Assembly: GCA_031459535.1 (NCBI GenBank)
Contig: JAVKIJ010000001.1
Location: 1 to 64,000, forward strand
Source of the DNA: Candidatus Fervidifonticultor quintus
GTDB lineage: Bacteria; Sysuimicrobiota; Sysuimicrobiia; Sysuimicrobiales; Humicultoraceae
Direction: 5' to 3'
Length of the DNA: 64,000 bases
In this document: piece after piece, positions 59,502 through 64,000 of the stretch
Position numbering within the stretch: position 1 is the stretch's first letter
Layout of the letters: each line of letters opens with the position of its first letter
Notes under the pieces: model-generated
What the model was told of the DNA's origin: nothing
Databases searched by the model: none
What the model saw: the letters and a program-made list of their open reading frames with translations, nothing else
Made by a program: the position numbers and the translations under genes

Positions 59502-60536
59502 ATGCCGGATTTCCCCTACATTAACGCCAGGGTGCGCGCCATGCGCAGTCGCCTGTTGAGCGCGGCTCAGCTGGAGGAACTGCTGGCGACGCCGTCGCTG
59601 GCTGCGTTCCAGCATGCCCTGGCCGCGACCCCCTATGGCGATGATCTCCAGCAGGCTCAAACGCGCTACCAGGGGGTGCGCGCCGTCGACGAGGCCCTGG
59701 CCCGCAATCTCCAGCGCACAACGCGCAAGATCCTGGAGTTTGCCGACGGGCTGCCGCAGGTACTCATCACGGTGCTCCTCCTGCGGTGGGACCTGGCCAA
59801 CCTGCGCGCGGTCGCCCGTGGCAAGCACGCCGGCCGGTCACCGGACGACATCGCCGAGGCGTTGATGCCTGCTGGAACCCTGGGCGAGGCGGTCCTGCGC
59901 GAGATGGTGGCTTCCCCGGACATGAGCGGCATCGTCGGCACCCTGGAGGCGTTGAACCACCCCTTCACCGCGGCCATGGCGGAGGCGCTCGCCGCGTATG
60001 GCGAGGCCCGCGACCTCGCTGCGCTGGAGTTGCGGCTGGATCGCGCGTATGCTGAGGTGGGGCTGGGGCGGACCGCAGGCCTCGGTGCCGATGCTCGGGT
60101 GCTGCGGTGGGTGCTGCAGACCGAGATCGATGTCACGAACATCAAGACGGCGCTGCGGCTGGCGGCCGTCGGGAATCTGGATGAAGAGCGCCGGTTGGCG
60201 CTGTTCATCCCCGGGGGATCGGTGCTCTCGCCAGAGTTGTTCCTGGAACTCTCTGCCCTCGCCACTCAGGCCAGGACCTGGCGGGTGGTGAGGGCAGCAG
60301 GGTTCCCGATCGGTGACACACCTACGGATCTGGTGGCGTTCGAGCGCCGGATCGACCTGGCGCTGACCAGGGCCATGGTCCGTCGCTACACTCACGGTGA
60401 CCCGCTGGGGCTGGACATCGTCATGGGGTATCTGACCATGAAGTCGGTGGAGGTCGCCAACATTCGGTTGATCGCCCGCGCCAAACTCCTTAACTTGCCG
60501 CGGGAGCGAGCCAGAGCGGAGATGGTCCTTGTTTAG
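59502..60536 (+). CDS. ntpC: V/A-type ATP synthase subunit C (d)
   Basis: F.Y.NARVR....RLL, D..N, E..N.RLIAR. Confidence 0.88.
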   Translation: MPDFPYINARVRAMRSRLLSAAQLEELLATPSLAAFQHALAATPYGDDLQQAQTRYQGVRAVDEALARNLQRTTRKILEFADGLPQVLITVLLLRWDLANLRAVARGKHAGRSPDDIAEALMPAGTLGEAVLREMVASPDMSGIVGTLEALNHPFTAAMAEALAAYGEARDLAALELRLDRAYAEVGLGRTAGLGADARVLRWVLQTEIDVTNIKTALRLAAVGNLDEERRLALFIPGGSVLSPELFLELSALATQARTWRVVRAAGFPIGDTPTDLVAFERRIDLALTRAMVRRYTHGDPLGLDIVMGYLTMKSVEVANIRLIARAKLLNLPRERARAEMVLV

Positions 60537-60846
60537 GTTTGCGGTGATCACCGACAGCGAGTCCGCCACCGGCTTCCGCCTGGCCGGCGCCGAGGTCCGC
60601 GAAGCGTCCACGCCACAGGAGGCGCTGGAGCACCTGCGCCACTTCATGGCACTGGACTATGGGTTGGTGGCGATCAACGAAGCGCTGCTGGAGGGCACCG
60701 AGGCGGAGCGGGCACGCCTGATGCGCGGTCGCGACCTACCCATCGTCGTGCCATTTCCGGCGCCGCAGGCTCATATTGAGCGTGGCGAGGCCTACATCGC
60801 GCGCCTGGTCAAGGAGCACATCGGGTTCTACGTGAGGCTGCGCTAG
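60529..60846 (+). CDS. ntpF: V/A-type ATP synthase subunit F
   Basis: AVI.D.E.A.GFRLAG, C-terminal IGF. Confidence 0.9.
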   Translation: MFRFAVITDSESATGFRLAGAEVREASTPQEALEHLRHFMALDYGLVAINEALLEGTEAERARLMRGRDLPIVVPFPAPQAHIERGEAYIARLVKEHIGFYVRLR

Positions 60847-60873
60847 CGGGACGGGTCCATGGGAGGGGCAGTC

Positions 60874-62634
60874 ATGTCGAGCCGGGGTTCCATCATCAAC
60901 ATTGCCGGACCTGCGGTCATCGCGCGGGGCATTCCCGGCGCCCGCATGTACGACCTGGTCCGGGTGGGCCGGGAGGGCCTCCTGGGAGAGATCATCCGCC
61001 TGGATGGCGACACGGCGTTCATCCAGGTCTACGAGGATACGTCGGGCCTGATGGTGGGTGAACCGGTGGCGAGCACCGGCGCACCGCTGGCGGTGGAACT
61101 GGGGCCGGGACTCCTGACAGGCATCTTCGACGGCATCCAGCGACCGCTGCAGGCCATCCGCCAGCAGAAAGGCGACTTCATCGCCCGCGGCGCTGTGACC
61201 GAGGCTGTTGATCGGTCGAAGAAGTGGGAGTTCACCCCCACTGTGGCCCCCGGGGCCACCGTCGGGCCCGGCGACGTGGTGGGAACCGTCCGTGAGTTCG
61301 GCTTCGAGCACCGGATCATGGTGCCGCCTTCGGCCCGGGGTGGGCAGGTGACCGAGATCCGCAGCGGTGAGGTCACGGTGACGGACGTGGTCGCCAGGCT
61401 CTCCGACGGGACGGACGTGCGGCTGCTGCAGCACTGGCCGGTCCGCCAGGCGCGGCCGGTGGCGCGCAAGCTCGACCCGCGGGAGCCGTTCATCTCAGGG
61501 CAGCGCATCATTGATGTGCTCTTTCCCGTGGCCATGGGTGGCGCGGCCTCCATCCCCGGGCCGTTCGGCTCGGGCAAGACCGTCATGCAGCAGACGCTGG
61601 CCAAGTGGTCCAACGCCGACGTCATCATCTACGTGGGTTGCGGCGAGCGCGGCAACGAGATGACCCATGTGCTGGACGAGTTCCCCGAGCTGGAAGATCC
61701 GCGCACGGGCCGGCCGCTGATGGAGCGCACCATTATCATCGCCAACACGTCCAACATGCCCGTCGCCGCCCGTGAAGCGTCGGTCTACACCGGGATCACC
61801 ATGGCGGAGTACTGGCGCGACCAGGGCTACAAGGTGGCGCTCATGGCCGACTCGACCAGCCGCTGGGCCGAAGCCATGCGGGAGATTTCGTCCCGGTTGG
61901 AGGAGATGCCCGCCGAGGAAGGCTATCCTCCGTACCTGTCCAGCCGCCTGGCGGCCTTCTACGAGCGGGCCGGCCGCGCGGTCTGTCTGGGTTCGCCCGA
62001 GCGCACCGGCTCCGTGACGGTGATCGGCGCCGTCTCGCCGCCCGGCGGTGACCTGTCCGAACCGGTCACGCAGGCGACGCTCCGCATCACCGGCACGTTC
62101 TGGTCGTTGGACGCCGGCCTGGCCAACCGTCGGCACTTCCCGGCGATCCACTGGCTGCGCAGCTACAGCCTCTACATGCCCCTGTTCCAGGAGTGGTACC
62201 GGGAGCACATGCCGGAAGACTTTCCGCACCTGCGCGATCGGGCATCGGCGCTGCTCCAGCGCGAGGCGGAGCTCCAGGAGATCGTCCAGCTCGTGGGCCC
62301 CGACGCGCTGCAGGACGACCAGCGTCTCGTCATCGAGGCGGGCAAGATGCTCCGGGAGGACTTCCTCCAGCAGTCGTCGTTCTCCGAGGTAGACGCCTAC
62401 TGCTCGCTGGAGAAGGCCTACGGCATGCTCAAGGCCATCATCACGTTCTACGACGAGGCGTCAGCGGCACTCCGACGCGGCATGGCCATGGACGACCTGC
62501 TGAACCTGAAGCAGCTCGAGGAGATCGCGCGCATGAAGGAAGTGTCCAACGAGAGCTGGCGGTCGTGGTTCGAGCCGTGGCTGCGGGCGCTGCCCGAGGC
62601 GTTTGGCGCCAAGCCCGCCGCTGAGGGGGCGTAG
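60874..62634 (+). CDS. ntpA: V/A-type ATP synthase subunit A
   Basis: [37 protein letters not shown]. Confidence 0.96.
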   Translation: MSSRGSIINIAGPAVIARGIPGARMYDLVRVGREGLLGEIIRLDGDTAFIQVYEDTSGLMVGEPVASTGAPLAVELGPGLLTGIFDGIQRPLQAIRQQKGDFIARGAVTEAVDRSKKWEFTPTVAPGATVGPGDVVGTVREFGFEHRIMVPPSARGGQVTEIRSGEVTVTDVVARLSDGTDVRLLQHWPVRQARPVARKLDPREPFISGQRIIDVLFPVAMGGAASIPGPFGSGKTVMQQTLAKWSNADVIIYVGCGERGNEMTHVLDEFPELEDPRTGRPLMERTIIIANTSNMPVAAREASVYTGITMAEYWRDQGYKVALMADSTSRWAEAMREISSRLEEMPAEEGYPPYLSSRLAAFYERAGRAVCLGSPERTGSVTVIGAVSPPGGDLSEPVTQATLRITGTFWSLDAGLANRRHFPAIHWLRSYSLYMPLFQEWYREHMPEDFPHLRDRASALLQREAELQEIVQLVGPDALQDDQRLVIEAGKMLREDFLQQSSFSEVDAYCSLEKAYGMLKAIITFYDEASAALRRGMAMDDLLNLKQLEEIARMKEVSNESWRSWFEPWLRALPEAFGAKPAAEGA

Positions 62635-62638
62635 GTCC

Positions 62639-64000
62639 ATGTCGCTGGTCACCAAGCAGTACCAGAGCATTTCGTACATCTCGGGGCCGCTGCTGTTCGT
62701 GGAGGGGGCGCGGGACCTGGCCTATGGCGCCATCGTGAACATCCATCTCCCCGATGGCGGCGTGCGCGGTGGTCAGGTGATCGAGGTCTCGGAGAAGCAC
62801 GCCGTCATCCAGGTTTTCGAAGAGACCGCAGGGCTCGATCTGGCCAGGACCTCGGTGAGCCTCCGTGAGGACGTGGCACGCATCGGCGTCTCGCGGGAGA
62901 TGATCGGCCGCCGGTTCAGCGGCCTGGGCGAACCCATTGATGGCCTACCCCCCATCATTCCCGAGAAGCGGCTGCCTATCATCGGCGCGCCCATCAATCC
63001 CGTGGCCCGGCAGCGCCCGCAGGAGTTCATCCAGACCGGCATCTCCACCATTGACGGACTGAACACCCTGGTCCGGGGGCAGAAGCTGCCGATCTTCTCT
63101 GGCGCGGGGCTGCCCCACAACGAGATCGCGGCGCAGATCGCGCGCCAGGCCAAGGTCCTGGGCGCCGCCGAGGAGTTCTCGGTGGTGTTTGCGGCCATGG
63201 GCATCACCCAGCGGGAGGCGGCCTACTTCATCGAGCAGTTTGAAGCCACCGGCGCGCTGGCGCGCAGCGTCGTCTTCCTCAACCTGGCCGACGACCCGGC
63301 CATCGAGCGGCTGCTCACCCCGCGCATGGCGCTCACGGCGGCCGAGTACCTGGCCTTCGATCTGGACATGCAGGTGCTGGTCATCCTGACGGACATGACC
63401 AACTACTGCGAGGCGCTCCGCGAGATCGGCGCCGCCCGCGAGGAGATCCCTGGCCGCCGCGGCTACCCCGGGTACATGTACACCGACCTAGCCACCATCT
63501 ACGAGCGGGCGGGCCGCATCTTCGGCCGCAAGGGCTCGATCACACAGCTCCCGATTCTGACCATGCCGGACGACGATATCACGCACCCCATCCCCGACCT
63601 GACCGGCTACATCACCGAGGGACAGATCGTGCTCTCAAGGGCCCTGCACCGCAACGGCATCTATCCGCCCATCAACCCGCTGCCCAGCCTGTCCAGGCTG
63701 ATGAACGACGGCATCGGTCCCGGTCGGACCCGGGCCGACCACGCCAACGTGAAGGACCAGCTCTTCGCCTCGTATGCCAATGGCGTGGACCTCCGCCGGC
63801 TGGTGGCCATTATCGGTGAGGAGGCACTGACCGAGCGCGACCGGCTCTACCTCAGGTTCGCCGAGGACTTCGAGCGCGAGTTCATCGGCCAGGGCCAGAC
63901 CGAGCGCTCCATCGAGGAGACCCTCACGATGGGGTGGAAGCTGCTGTCCATGTTCCCGCGGGCCGAGCTGAAGCGCATTAAGCAGGACCACGTGGACCGG
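62639..64000 (+). CDS. ntpB: V/A-type ATP synthase subunit B (partial, runs off the window)
   Basis: [52 protein letters not shown] read from the sequence; no stop before the edge. Confidence 0.95.
   Translation, partial: MSLVTKQYQSISYISGPLLFVEGARDLAYGAIVNIHLPDGGVRGGQVIEVSEKHAVIQVFEETAGLDLARTSVSLREDVARIGVSREMIGRRFSGLGEPIDGLPPIIPEKRLPIIGAPINPVARQRPQEFIQTGISTIDGLNTLVRGQKLPIFSGAGLPHNEIAAQIARQAKVLGAAEEFSVVFAAMGITQREAAYFIEQFEATGALARSVVFLNLADDPAIERLLTPRMALTAAEYLAFDLDMQVLVILTDMTNYCEALREIGAAREEIPGRRGYPGYMYTDLATIYERAGRIFGRKGSITQLPILTMPDDDITHPIPDLTGYITEGQIVLSRALHRNGIYPPINPLPSLSRLMNDGIGPGRTRADHANVKDQLFASYANGVDLRRLVAIIGEEALTERDRLYLRFAEDFEREFIGQGQTERSIEETLTMGWKLLSMFPRAELKRIKQDHVDR

Overview
GC-rich bacterial chromosomal window, densely coding, with no rRNA, tRNA, CRISPR or intact mobile element recognised. 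In order it holds: (1) a mixed operon (PrsW-like membrane protein, helical-repeat protein, CcmH-like protein, metallophosphoesterase, S9 peptidase, PduO-type adenosyltransferase); (2) an apparently acquired, partly decayed island (~5.6-15 kb) with vapBC and enolase-superfamily remnants, two sugar ABC permeases, a glycine/sarcosine/betaine-reductase-like cluster (grdB-grdE-grdC-grdA, two in-frame UGA selenocysteine codons, no grdD) and a LacI regulator with a candidate operator; (3) gmhA, tag and a PLP enzyme, an Fe(III)-type ABC transporter and a second S9 peptidase; (4) a GntR-led operon with an apparently circularly permuted family-5 substrate-binding protein, permeases, a C26 hydrolase and an AtuA-like/DUF4387 pair; (5) ArsR-HTH-MFS; (6) TCA genes in unusual order (sdhCD-fumC-sdhAB; mdh-GNAT-sucC-phosphodiesterase-sucD); (7) yvlD-rapZ-yvcK-tnaA; (8) a complex I operon with only membrane-arm subunits (nuoA-H-J-K-L-M-N); (9) a Thermus-type V/A-ATPase operon cut by the window edge. 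Best novelty candidates are the membrane-arm-only nuo operon, the permuted binding protein and the grdD-less, sugar-linked selenoprotein reductase. All family calls come from motif recognition by eye, not database searches.
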